Shown: piece by piece, positions 11,982 through 24,868 of the stretch
Position numbering within the stretch: the first letter of the stretch is position 1
How the letters are laid out: each line of letters starts with the position of its first letter
Source: Mobula hypostoma
Lineage: Eukaryota
NCBI RefSeq assembly: GCF_963921235.1
Contig: NC_086097.1
Location: forward strand, 180,856,001-180,920,000
Length of the DNA stretch: 64,000 nucleotides
Reading direction: 5' to 3'
Program-made: the position numbers and the translations under genes
The notes under the pieces: model-generated
Told to the model about the DNA's origin: nothing
The model's input: the letters and a program-made list of their open reading frames with translations, nothing else
Database searches by the model: none

Positions 11982-14900
11982 GGCGTGAGGAGGTTAGTTC
12001 ACAACGGGGGGATGGGAACCAGTGCAGAGAGACAGAGGGGTGTAAAGTGAGGGTAGAAGCAAAAAGTACTAAGGAGAAGAGTAAAAGTGGCAGGCTGACA
12101 AATCCAGGGCAAGCATCAAAAAGGGCCACTTTTCAACATAATTGTATAAGGGCTAAGAGAGTTGTAAAAGAGCGCCTGAAGTCTTTGTGTGTCAATGCAA
12201 GAAGCATTCGTAATAAGGTGGATGAATTGAAAGTGCAGATTGTTATTAATGATTATGATATAGTTGGGATCACAGAGACATGGCCCCAGGGTGACCAAGG
12301 ATGGGAGCTCAACGTTCAGGGATATTCAATATTCAGGAGGGATAGACATGAAGGAAGGGAAGGTGGGGTGGCGTTGCTGGTTAAAGAAGAGATTAACGCA
12401 ATAGAAAGGAAGGACATAAGCCGGGAAGATGTGGAATCGATATGGGTAGAGCTGCGTAACACTAAGGGGCAGAAGACGCTGGTGGGAGTTGTGTACAGGC
12501 CACCTAACAGTAGTAGTGAGGTCGGAGATGGTATTAAACAGGAAATTAGAAATGTGTGCAATAAAGGAACAGCAGTTATAATGGGTGACTTCAATCTACA
12601 TGTAGATTGGGTGAACCAAATTGGTAAAGGTGCTGAGGAAGAGGATTTCTTGGAATGTATGCGAGATGGTTTTTTGAACCAACATGTCGAGGAACCAACT
12701 AGAGAGCAGGCTATTCTGGACTGGGTTTTGAGCAATGAGGAAGGGTTAATTAGCAATCTTGTTGTGAGAGGCCCCTTGGGTAACAGTGACCATAATATGG
12801 TGGAATTCTTCATTGAGATGGAGAGTGACATAGTTAATTCAGAAACAAAGGTTCTGAACTTAAAGAGGGGTAACTTTGAAGGTATGAGATGTGAATTAGC
12901 TAAGATAGTCTGGCAAATGACACTTAAAGGATTGACGGTGGATATGCAATGGCAAGCATTTAAAGGTTGCATGGATGAACTACAACAATTGTTCATCCCA
13001 GTTTGGCAAAAGAATAAATCAAGGAAGGTAGTGCACCCGTGGCTGACAAGAGAAATTAGGGATAGTATCAATTCCAAAGAAGAAGCATACAAATTAGCCA
13101 GAGAAAGTGGCTCACCTGAGGACTGGGAGAAATTCAGAGTTCAGCAGAGGAGGACAAAGGGCTTAATTAGGAAGGGGAAAAAAGATTATGAGAGAAAACT
13201 GGCAGGGAACATAAAAACTGACTGTAAAAGCTTTTATAGATATGTAAAAAGGAAAAGACTGGTAAAGACAAATGTAGGTCCCCTACAGACGGAAACAGGT
13301 GAATTGATTATGGGGAGCAAGGACATGGCAGACCAATTGAATAATTACTTTGGTTCTGTCTTCACTAAGGAGGACATAAATAATCTTCCAGAAATAGTAG
13401 GGGACAGAGGGTCCAGTGAGGTGGAGGAACTGAGCGAAATACTTGTTAGTAGGGAAGTGGTGTTAGGTAAATTGAAGGGATTGAAGGCAGATAAATCCCC
13501 AGGGCCAGATGGTCTGCATCCTAGAGTGCTTAAGGAAGTAGCCCAAGAAATAGTGGATGCATTAGTGATAATTTTTCAAAACTCGTTAGATTCTGGACTA
13601 GTTCCTGAGGATTGGAGGGTGGCTAATGTAACCCCACTTTTTAAAAAAGGAGGGAGAGAGAAACCGGGGAATTATAGACCTGTTAGCCTAACGTCGGTGG
13701 TGGGGAAACTGCTGGAGTCAGTTATCAAAGATGTGATAACAGCACATTTGGAAAGCGGTGAAATCATCGGACAAAGTCAGCATGGATTTGTGAAAGGAAA
13801 ATCATGTCTGACGCATCTCGTAGAATTTTTTGAGGATGTAACTAGTAGAGTGGATAGGGGAGAACCAGTGGATGTGGTATATTTGGATTTTCAAAAGGCT
13901 TTTGACAAGGTCCCACACAGGAGATTAGTGTGCAAACTTAAAGCACACGGTATTGGGGGTAAGGTATTGATGTGGATGGAGAATTGGTTAGCAGACAGGA
14001 AGCAAAGAGTGGGAATAAACTGGACCTTTTCAGAATGGCAGGCGGTGACTAGTGGGGTACCGCAAGGCTCAGTGCTGGGACCCCAGTTGTTTACAATATA
14101 TATTAATGACTTAGACGAGGGAATTAAATGCAGCATCTCCAAGTTTGCCGATGACACGAAGCTGGGCGGCAGTGTTAGCGGTGAGGAGGATGCTAAGAGG
14201 ATGCAGAGTGACTTGGATAGGTTGGGTGAATGGGCAAATTCATGGCAGATGCAATTTAATGTGGATAAATGTGAAGTTATCCACTTTGGTGGCAAAAATA
14301 GGAAAACAGATTATTATCTGAATGGTGGCCGATTAGGAAAAGGGGAGGTGCAACGAGACCTGGGTGTCATTATACACCAGTCATTGAAAGTGGGCATGCA
14401 GGTACAGCAGGCGGTGAAAAAGGCGAATGGTATGCTGGCATTTATAGCGAGAGGATTCGAGTACAGGAGCAGGGAGGTACTACTGCAGTTGTACAAGGCC
14501 TTGGTGAGACCACACCTGGAGTATTGTGCAGTTTTGGTCCCCTAATCTGAGGAAAGACATCCTTGCTATAGAGGGAGTACAAAGAAGGTTCACCAGATTG
14601 ATTCCTGGGATGGCAGGACTTTCATATGAAGAAAGACTGGATGAACTGGGCTTGTACTCGTTGGAACTTAGAAGATTGAGGGGGGATCTGATTGAAATGT
14701 ATAAAATCCTAAAGGGATTGGACAGGCTAGATGCAGGAAGATTGTTCCCGATGTTGGGGAAGTCCAGAACAAGGGGTCACAGTTTGAGGATAAAGGGGAA
14801 GCCTTTTAGGACTGAGATTAGGAAAAACTTCTTCACACAGAGAGTGGTGAATCTGTGGAATTCTCTGCCACAGGAAACAGTTGAGGCCAGTTCATTGGCT

Positions 14901-15080
14901 ATATTTAAGAGGGAGTTAGATATGGCCCTTGTGGCTACGGGGATCAGGGGGTATGGAGGGAAGGCTGGGGCGGTGTTCTGAGTTGGATGATCAGCCATGA
15001 TCATAATAAATGGCGGTGCAGGCTCGAAGGGCCGAATGGCCTACTCCTGCACCTATTTTCTATGTTTCTATGTTTCTATG
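11982..15080 (+). mobile_element. Young 5'-truncated CR1 (family A); ORF2 frameshifted near 14527
   Basis: APE endonuclease and RT (FADD); (TTTCTATG)n tail; TSD tgaat at 11977-11981 and 15079-15083; near-identical to 32043-35143 except a 2-bp deletion. Confidence 0.96.
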
Positions 15081-15519
15081 AATTGTAGCACTTGAAACTT
15101 AATATTGAACTCAACAACTTCAGATAACCAGTCTTTCCAGTTCTATCTGTGTCAGAATTGGCTTGTTCTCATGTAAGGTCATCAATCGTTCTCTTGGCAG
15201 GGTATTCCCAACTCTGCCTCTAATTTCAGTTTACCAGAATATGCTCTGTAATACCACTTATCCATCATTATCTTTTTCTCTCTCTAATTGTTCTCAGTGC
15301 TCCAAGCAGATCTCTTGGATATATGGCATTTAAGGTAATTGTGTCACTTGGGCAACCCTAGTCTCCTCCCTGCATCTCCCCACTCCTCTACCATTTCAAG
15401 CATGTATGTTTCTCACTTCCCTGCTTCTGATGTATGATTATTCACCTGCATTATTTACCTTGTTTCTCTCTCCACAGTTGTCCAACCAAGAGTGTGTCTT
15501 GGATTTCCTGTTTTTAAAG

Positions 15520-17965
15520 AGTCATAGAGAAGTACAGCTCAGAAACAGGCCTGTTGACCCATCTACTCCAGGCCAAATCATTTAAGCTGCCTACTCCCGA
15601 TGACCTGCACTGGGACCAGAGCCCTCCATATCCCTACTACCCTTGTACCTATCCAAACTACTCAAATATTGAAATCGAGCTTGCATGGACCACTTGCAAG
15701 CTCATTCCACACTCTCACCACCCTCTGAGTGAAGCAGTTTCTCCTTAAACTTAACTTTTACCTTTAATCCATGACCTCTGGTTATAGTCCCAGCCAACCT
15801 CAGTGGAAAAAGCCCGCTGGCATTTACCCAATCTATACCCCTCAATTTTGTATACCTCTATCAAATCTCCTCTCAATCTTCTACAGAGTACAGCCCTAAC
15901 CTATTCAACCTTTCCTGACTTCAAGCCTGACAAAGGGTCTCAGCCCAAAATGTCGACTGTACTCTTTTCCATAGATGCTGCCTGGCTTACTGAGTTCCTC
16001 ATGTCAGACCAATTGTGTTGTGTGCGTTGCCAATCTTTCCTTTTTAACTCAGGTCCTTCAGACCTGGCAACAACCTTGTAAACTTTCTTCCCACTCTTTC
16101 AACCTGGTTTACATCTTTCCTGTAGGTAGGTGACCAAAACTGCACACAATACACCAGTTTAGGCCTCACCAACATTTTATGCAACTTTAAAACAACATCC
16201 CATCTTCTGTAATCAATACATTGATTTATAAAGGCCAATGTGCCAAAAGCTTTCTTTACGGCCCTATCTACCTTTGACACCATTTTCAATGAATTATGTC
16301 CCAGAACCCTTTGTTCTACCACACACCTCAGCGCCTTACCCTGGTTGGTCCTACCGAAGTACAAAACCTTGCACATGTCTGCATTAAATTCTACCTGCAT
16401 TTTTTCAGCTGATGCATATCCCTCTGCAAGCCATGATAGCCTTCCTCACTGTCCACTACACCCTCGATCTTGGTGCATTCTGTGAATTTGCTCATCCAAT
16501 TACCTCATTATCATCCAAATCATTGATATAGACGACAAACAACAAAGAACCTAGCACTGATCCCTGTGGTACACTAGTCATAGACCTCCAATCAGAGAGG
16601 CAACCCTCTAGGACACTCTCTGACTTCTCCCACAAAGCCAATGTGTAACCCAATTTACTACCTCATCTTAAATGCTGAGTGACTGAACCTTCTTGAGCAG
16701 CCTCCCAAGCAGGACCTTGTCAAATGCTTCACTAAATTCTATATTGACAACAATCACTGCCTTGCCTTCATCCACTTTCCTGGTAACTTCCTCGAAAAAC
16801 TCTATAAGTTTGGTTAGACATGACCTACCACACACAAAGCCATTTTGATGATCCTTGATCAGTCCATGTCTTTCCCACAACTAATGTCAGACTCGCCAGC
16901 CTATAAATTCCTGGTTTCTGTTTAGAGCCTTTTTCAAACAGTGAAACAACATTGACTGTCCTCCAATCTTCCGGTACCTCTCCTGTTGCTAAGGAAATTT
17001 AAAATATATCTGTTAGATCTCCAACAAATTCTGCATTTGCCTCCAGGAAGGTCTGAGGGAAAACCTTGTCAGGCCTTGAGGATTTATGCACTCTGATTTG
17101 CCTCAGGATAGCAAACACCTCCTCCTCTGTAATCTGTAGAGGGTCCATGCTACTTTGCCTCATTTATATAGACTCTGTTTCTTGAGTAAATACAGATGCA
17201 AGGAATGCATTTAAGATCTCCCGCATCAGTTTTGGCTCCACACATAGATTACCATTCTGGTGTTCCAGAGGACCAATTTTGTTCTTAGCAATCTTTGCTC
17301 TTAACATACCTGTAGAATTCATTAGGATTCTCCTTCACCTTGTATGTTAGAGCAACTTCATGCCTTCTTTTAGCCTTCCTGATTTCTTTCTTAAGTGTAG
17401 TCTTACATTTCTTGTACTCCATAAGCACCTCATTTGTTCCTACTTGCCTATACCTGCTATGCACCTCCTTTTTTCTCTTAACCAGGGCCTCAATATGTCT
17501 TTTTAAAAACCAAGGTTCCCGACTCTTGTTATCTTTATCTTTTATTCTGACAGGCACATACAAACTTCGTACTCTCAAAATTTCATTTTTGAAGGCTTTC
17601 CACTTTCCAAGTATACCTTTGCCAGAAAACAGCATGTCCCAATCCACACTTGCCAAATCATTTCTGGTTCCATCAAAATAGGTCTTTCTCCAATTTAGAA
17701 TCTCAGCTCACAGACCATACCTACTTTGAAACTAATAGCTTTGTGGTCTCTGGATGCAAAGTGTTCTTCTACACAAACTTCTTGCACCTGCCCTGTCTCA
17801 TTTCCCAATAGAAGGTCCAGTATCGCACACTCTCTCATTGGGACTTCTACATACCGATGAAGAAAACTTTTCTGAACACATTTGACAAACTCTATCCCAT
17901 TTAGACTTATTATCTGGGATTCCCAGACAATATGTGGAAAGTCAAAATCACCTACTATAGCAAAC
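15520..17965 (-). mobile_element. Decayed CR1 (family B) with a Penelope-end insert at about 15915-16025
   Basis: VGDFDFP, GRSCLTKLIEFFEEVT and VRPKLVYCVQFWSP remnants. Confidence 0.88.
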
Positions 17966-18529
17966 ATTTATTTTGCTTCAGTGCTGGAAAAAAATGTAAT
18001 GTGAAATTTGAATAAAACTTTTAAGATTAGAGCACTAAATGGTGAAAGAACACAAACACAAGAGACTGTAGATGCTGGAATCTGAAGCCAAAAAAAAACC
18101 CACATCCCAGCTCTTGTACTCTGTGCCATGGCTATGAAGGGAAGTATCTCAAATGCCTTCTTCACTCTTCTTTCACTTGTGCTGCTGCTTTCAAGGGTTA
18201 ATGCACTGTCCTTCCTCTGTTCATCAACACACCCTGTCATTAACTGTGAATGGCCTAAACTTGTTTGCCCTTCCAAAATCATCTTTCACTTAACAGGATT
18301 AAAATCCATCAATTCTATTCCCCTGAAATCTATTCTCTTTCATGTACCCATTAATGTCATCCTGATTTCCTGCCAATCACCCACACTTTGGGAAATTTAT
18401 TGTAGTCAATTAATCATCTATCAAGTACACCTTTGTTGATGCAGAAGAAAAATCTAGGGCACCCAGAGGAAATCCATGCTCTCACAGTCGGAATGTGCAA
18501 TCCACAGAGATTTTGGCATAGAGAGGGTC

Positions 18530-19215
18530 AACAGTCAGAATATCTACCAAAGTTAGAAATATCAAATACTAGAGGACATACCTGTATTTTTAAGGTGAAA
18601 GGGAGAAAGTTCAAAGGAGATGTGTGGAGCAAGTTTCTTTATATAGAGAGTGGAGGGTACCGAATTAGAGGCCTAATTAGAGTCTATGTGGAGAGGATAT
18701 TTCCATTAATAGGAGGCTCTAGGACCAGAGTGCTCAGCCCCAGAATAGGACGTCTCTTTAGAAGAGAGATCAGGAGGAATTTCTTTAGCCACGAGGTGGT
18801 GAATCTGTGGAATTCAATGCCACAGAAGACTGTGAAGGCTAAATCATTGGGTATCTTTAAAGCAGAAGTTGATAGGTTCTTGATTAGTTAGGGCATCAAA
18901 GGTTATGGAGAGAAGGCAGGAGAATGGGGTTGAGAGGGGAAAAAATCAGTCACGATCGAATGGTGGAGCAGACTCAAAAGGCTGAATGGCCTAATTCTGC
19001 TCCTGTGTTTTATGGATGCCTAGAATGGGTTGCAGGGGTGGTGTGGTGGTGGAATCAGATATGATATTGGTGGTTAACAGGCTGTTAAGACACATGAATA
19101 TGCAGGGAATGGAGGGAATGGATCATGTGCAGCCAGAGGAGTTTAGTTCTATTTGGCATTGTGTGCAGTACATACATTGTGGGCCAAAAGGCCTGCTCCT
19201 TTGTTGCAATATTCT
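18530..19215 (+). mobile_element. Stacked CR1 3' fragments
   Basis: RRNFFSHEVVNLWNSMP; ggcctaattctgctcct 3' UTR motif. Confidence 0.75.
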
Positions 19216-19374
19216 GTGCTGGAGGGACTCAGTAGGTAAGGTGGCATCTGTGGAATTGAACAAATTGGTTTCTGGTCAAGACCCTTCATCTGGAGTTTAA
19301 GAACATAGTGTAGTAACAGGAGTAGACCATTCAGCCCCTTATATCTGCTTTGTCATTCAACATGAGCATGTGAG

Positions 19375-20661
19375 CAGACATCCCACCTCTCCCGGAAGTT
19401 CCGGGAGTCTCCCGCATATCGATAGTGGCTCCCTGACACCCAGAAATTATATACAATATCCCAGAAATAGATTTTTTTGAGAGGGAGAGGGAGAGCGAGC
19501 ATCCTGATTGGTCTCTCTTTGTGCTAAGAGTGATCCCCAACCACCGGGCTGCGAGGAAACAATATGATTTGGCGATATGAAATGATGTGAGTCATTTGCA
19601 CCTTTCCTCATTCCCTGTCACGCACTGTTGAACTCGAACGCATGCAAGGTCATCAGTGATCCGAGACATGCAAAGGAATGGATCCGTGAACCATTTGTGA
19701 ATGTTTCTGGTGAATCATCCACGTCAGCGCAGGAAAAAGATCAACTCCTCGAGCTTGCAAATGACGGTGGGCTGAAAAGTATGTTTGACATAACATCTCT
19801 GCCGGCATTCTGGATCAAAGTCAAGGCTGAATATCCTGATATAGCCATGGAAGCACTGAAAACGTTGCTTCCATGTCCAACATATCTCTGCAATGAATGC
19901 AACGAAAACTAAATTGCGGTATAGACTTGTTGCAGGGAAACAAGCCCAGGGCTCCCACTGATTCATCGATATTGGTGTGTTGCAATGATTTTATATGTTC
20001 ATATGGGGAAAATATGCGCCGTGTGTTTAATATCCAAACGTTACTTAAAATGTTATGATGCGATTGACTTATCACCTATATTCCAGTTGTGATTAACACC
20101 CCTGCCCCCGGTCGGCCGGTCTGCAAGAATATTGTCAATATTAAACCGGTCTGCGGTGCAAAAACAATTGCAGACCCCTGCTAAGTAGACCTATCAGTTT
20201 TCTGTGTGGGCGGGCTTTACAGTCGACCTCAAAAATAATGACAGTGTTGCTCGCTGCACTGTTTGCAACAGTGACTTTTCTATTGCCCATGGTGGGTTAA
20301 AATGTAAAAGACATGTTAAGGTGAGTTTAACAGGTGTCATTCGTTCATTAGCACAGCTAACGTTATTTAAACTAGCTGACTAGCTGCTAAGGAGCTACGC
20401 TATTGATGTCCTACTTGATGAGGCCAAACTCCCTGTAGACTTGCTTGAAGTTGTAATAGAATAAACATGATAATATAAGTACATATTTTAATGTCACATT
20501 TTCTGCATACACCCAACTTGGTTTACAGATTAGACAAAACCACTAAACAAAGTATTACATACTCCCTTGGAGGTCGACCGTGGGCGGGGTGGGGATATGG
20601 GGTGCCGGGGGGGCGGGGGTGCTACCTCCCTGAAATGAGTTTTTGCATGGTGTGATGTCTG
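19375..20661 (+). mobile_element. Non-autonomous DNA transposon (hAT-like) with 13-bp TIR and 6-bp TSD
   Basis: TIR cagacatcccacc / ggtgtgatgtctg (1 mismatch); TSD tgtgag at 19369-19374 and 20662-20667; zinc-finger remnant CTVCNSDFSIAHGGLKCKRH. Confidence 0.75.
19529..20180 (+). mobile_element. hAT-Charlie/Buster-type deletion derivative nested in the element above
   Basis: WIREPF...QLLELAND...FWIKVKAEYPDIAMEALKTLLP..TYLC (hAT C-terminal dimerisation region); degenerate ends agtgatccccaacc / ttgcagacccctg; ctaag on both flanks. Confidence 0.8.
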
Positions 20662-21246
20662 TGTGAGACTGAATCCTAATGCAATTAGAGACTTATTCGC
20701 TGAGGCTCAGAGACATAAAAGAAAATAACATGCAGTTTGCCAGGAATGCTTTGCAAGAAACATAAAAAATAAACATGAGTAGGATGCTGTGCCATGCATT
20801 AAGATTGTGGCTGACCTTTTACCTCAGTGCTATTTCCTACTCAATATTGCAACCCCATGAAATCCAAAAATGTATTAATGTCTTGAAAATAACCAGCCTC
20901 GCAGTCCTCTTGGATAAATATCTCCAAATATTTACTACGCACAGAGTGGAGAAATTTCCTCTTATCTTTGCTTAAATGGTCAATTCTTTATCTTGAGGCT
21001 GTGACCTGGTTCGAGACACCTAGCTAAGGAAAACATCCGAACATGTTTGAAAGAGGTCAGTTTCCTATAATAAATGTCTTCTTCATTCAGTTCTATTGTC
21101 ATTCTCTAACTACTCTGTTACCACTTCCTTAATAATAGATTCAGCAATTTTCCTGCTGCTGATGTCCAGCCACCTGGTCAGTAGTTAGAGTGGAGTTTAA
21201 CTAATTGTTCTCCTTGGGCTAGGTCACCTTTCTTCTTCGTTTGTAC

Positions 21247-22104
21247 TGTTACGAGAATACACATAAAATTAAGATGTTTGCTGGCCTGGGCTAGCATCAG
21301 TGGCATCAGCAGTTGGTCTGCCACCTGCCCTCAGGGGAAGGAGAGATAAGGAACAATGGAGCAGCGTCTGGAGATGTGTAATGAAGGGATGTGGGAGGAA
21401 GAGCTGTCTGGAGCGGCTCCCCCCTTTGAACCCTGAACTGTTTGAAGTGATGGACAGGCGATACCCCAGCAGGGGGATAAAAAGGGACAGGTTCGCTAAG
21501 ACAGACACACACGCCACCCGAGGTAACGAGACCCTGGAAGCGGTACGCTTCTCACGAGTGGGTGAGAAGTGCCAGACAACGACCAGGGTGGAAAGGTACG
21601 ATCAGCGGGAACCCGGTGTGTGTCCGCCCTTGCCTGGGTGCCGGGTTCACTGCAGAGGATCGACCGCATCTGGAGGAGGGGTCACAGTCGGTGACCTCAG
21701 GTGACATCACCAAGGACCCGCCCAAATGCTGTTTGTGAGCCATCTCGCTGGTCTGTGAGTGAAGCTGTGCTGAATGATGAGTTGTTCCTATTCTATGTCT
21801 CTCTTCCCCACCTTGTCCATCGCCATGACAACGATTACTGCGAACTGAACTACAAACTGGACTGAACTTTGAGTCATTTTGAAATTGGTCATTTACCCCT
21901 AGACAACGATAGAGCTTGATTGATGCGGTTATCTTAATTCTGTGCACATGTGCGTTTATCATCGCTGAACTGTTGCATTTATTATCCTTTCGATTAATGT
22001 GTTGCTTGTTTCTTTAATAAAACTTTCTTAGTCCTAGTACTCCAGACTCCAACTGAGTGATCCATTTCTGCTGGTTTGGCAACCCAGTTACGGGGTACGT
22101 AACA
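21247..22104 (+). mobile_element. Solo LTR (858 bp), probably Gypsy-type
   Basis: TGTTACG...CGTAACA inverted termini; 4-bp TSD GTAC; TATA-like ataaaa near 21477; AATAAA at 22016. Confidence 0.9.
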
Positions 22105-22429
22105 GTACCTATCAAACAACTGCAGCTTATCAGTGATCCCCCCGGCATGAGAGCCAGCAGTTTGCCCATGCTACAGCAGGAAGGATTGTGTTCCTTTCTT
22201 TCAACCCCAGCTGGTAATAGAACCACTTCATAGTCAGCAATAGCTGCTCAAAAGATTTGTTGGTTCCAATTGTTGTTTGGGGAGACTGCTATTCCCTGGG
22301 GCTGTACCACTTTAAGTTGAAGAGAAAAATAGGGTTAAGACAGCCTTGCTCACTGGAAATAAGTACTGATCAATTTTTCTTGATCTAGCTTCCTGGTTGA
22401 GGATGTAGTTGGCACAGTTTTTAGGTTTA

Positions 22430-23070
22430 TACATGAGAGCAAACTTAATGCTTTAGTAGAAGATAACAAGATCTTGATCAATTGGGAAAGTGGAATTTAA
22501 CTCAGGCAAGATGGAATTTAACTCAGGCAAGTGTGAAGTGTTAAACCAGGGTAGGACCCACACAGTAAGTTGCAGGGCCATGGAAAGCGTCATTGAACAG
22601 GTGTACAAATGTACAGTCCCAGCAAAGTGGCAACACAGCTAGACAGGGTGGTGAAGAATGTTTTCGGCATGCCTGCCTTCAGCTGTTGTGGATACTACAC
22701 TTTGAACATTATGTACAACTCTGGCCATCTTTGTATAGGTCGAATTTAAGTTAGAAAGGCTGAAGAAAAGATTCAGAAGGATATTGCTGGGATAAAGGAC
22801 TTGAGTTATGAGGAGTGATTGATTAGGTTGGGATTTTTTCTAACCCAGGAGCGAAGAGGCTGAGAGGTGACCTTATTAAGGTATATAAAATGATAAGGGC
22901 AGAAGGGGATAAAGTGAATGGCCACAGCATTTTCCCCATGGCGGAGGAATCTTAAACTAGAGGGCAAAAGTTTAAGTTGAAAGAGGAAAGAGATAAGGGG
23001 AACCTACAGTGTAACTTTCCCATGCAGAGAGTGACAGGTATATGAGGAAGTGGCAGAGGCAGATGTGTAG
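22430..23070 (+). mobile_element. Decayed CR1 3' fragment
   Basis: RRLRGDLIKVYKMI and KTRGQKFKL remnants. Confidence 0.7.
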
Positions 23071-23074
23071 ATAA

Positions 23075-23810
23075 ATTCAAAATTAAAAGCACATATATGC
23101 CACCATACGCTACCTTGAGATTCATTTTCTTATGGGCATTCACAATAAATACAAAGAAACACAATAGGACCAATGAAAAACTACACAAACCAAACAACCA
23201 ATGTGCAAAAAAATGACAAATTGTGCAAATATGAGAGAAACCAAATAATAATGATAGATAAATAAGTAATATTGAGAGAACAGGAGTTGTAGAATCCTTG
23301 AAAGTGAGTCCATAGTTTGTGGAATCACTTCAGTATTGGGTGAGTGAAGTTATCTGCTCTTGTTCAGGAACCTGATGGTTGGGGGTTAATAATATTCTTG
23401 AACCTGGTCATGTGGGACCCAAGGCTCCTGAACCTCTTTCCTGTTGGCAGCAGTGATTAGAGGGCATGGTCAAGAAAATGGGAGTCTTTGATGATGGATG
23501 CTGCTTTCCTACATTCCTTGTAGCTGTACTCAATGGTGGTGAGGGTTTTACCTGTGATGGACTGAGCTGTATCCACTACCTTTTGTAGGCTTTTCCATTC
23601 AGGGGCATTAGTGTTACCACCATCAGTCTGTGATGCAACTAGTCAGTATTCGCTTCACTGTGCATCTATAGAAGTTGGTCAGTTTTAGATGACATACTGA
23701 ATCTTCGCAAACTTCTAAGAAAGTAGGGGTGCGGTTGTGCCTTCTTTGTAATGGCACTTACGAGCTGGTACCAGGAGAGATCCTTTGAAATGATAACACC
23801 AAGAAATTTT
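23075..23810 (-). mobile_element. Rex-Babar-type LINE 3' fragment
   Basis: KFLGVIISKDLSW...ITKKAQPHPYFLRSLRRF. Confidence 0.7.
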
Positions 23811-24141
23811 AAGTTTAAGAAAGTTTTAGAGAGACATGGGCAAAATGCAGGTAAATGGGAGTAGCTCAGGTTGGCAGCTTGGTGGGCATGGATGACTTGG
23901 GCAGATGGGTCTATTTTGCACTGTTTTGTACTGTTACAGTTGGAACCTGCAGGGCCCAGTGAGGGCAAACTCCTGAAGAAGATGACAGCATAATCTCCGT
24001 AGCACCAGGCTGTTGTGGGCTTCTGTCCATTGTCAGAGGGGAACACTGACAAGCTACATTTGTCAGAATGATAGGTACAAATGAGCAGCCTCCAAAAGCT
24101 GAGAAGGAATGAACTAAGCCCAGGGATAGCAATTAGTTAAA

Positions 24142-24868
24142 GGCTACGTCCACACTAGACCGGATAATTTTGAAAATGCCTGTTTCACATAGAAACGATA
24201 GATGTCCACACCAGGTGTTTTTGAAAATACCTCCGTCCGCATTAAAATGGGTATCTGGGTGAATCTCCTCCTACTGGGCATGCGCAGGACACATAGAAAA
24301 CAAGTGAAGAGGAAACGGTATACGGTGCGCGTTTGTCCATTTACAGACCAGAAAAACTTAAAAGGAAATTGCTAAACAACGGAAAGCTGTTGGCTCTCGC
24401 GCAGGAGGACTTAAAACTGAAAAAACAAATACTGGAGCATATGGAGGCAACCGACAGGGAGTTCACGGACAGTATGACCCGGCTGACGACGAACATTGAA
24501 AAACTGACTAACTCTGTTGCAGAGGGATTTGCAATGATGAGGAATATCATGGCTCCCTCCCACCAGTGCTTTTCACCACCACAATACCAGCCTCACAGCC
24601 ACTACAATAGCTACACATGCGGACACACAGACCCCCGCGTGGCCCCACCAACATCTTCCCCACTCCCACAGAGGGGTCACCCTGGAAACATTTCCTACTG
24701 CCCTTTCTCTTCACCGATGAAAGGGACGACAGGTTTTTAAAAACCTCCAGCTACCCCATACACATTACAACGCCCAACCGGCATTTTCAGATTTAAAAAT
24801 TCTGGAGTGTGTTTTAGAAAAGCTCAGTTTTCGGGGGAGGAAAACGCCGTTTCAGTGTGGATGTAGCC
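24142..24868 (+). mobile_element. PIF/Harbinger-like non-autonomous DNA transposon with coding remnant
   Basis: 15-bp TIR ggctacgtccacact / agtgtggatgtagcc (1 mismatch); flanked by taaa on both sides; internal coiled-coil ORF 24333-24740. Confidence 0.8.

Noticed and set aside
12316..13092. 258-aa antisense ORF, repeated at 32377-33153
   Set aside because: Antisense shadow of CR1 ORF2; shared only because the two copies are near-identical
21300..21962. ORFs inside the solo LTR
   Set aside because: No recognisable domains; GC-rich LTR sequence
22491..22531. Short local tandem duplication (another at about 1871-1902)
   Set aside because: Ordinary slippage duplications inside dead LINEs
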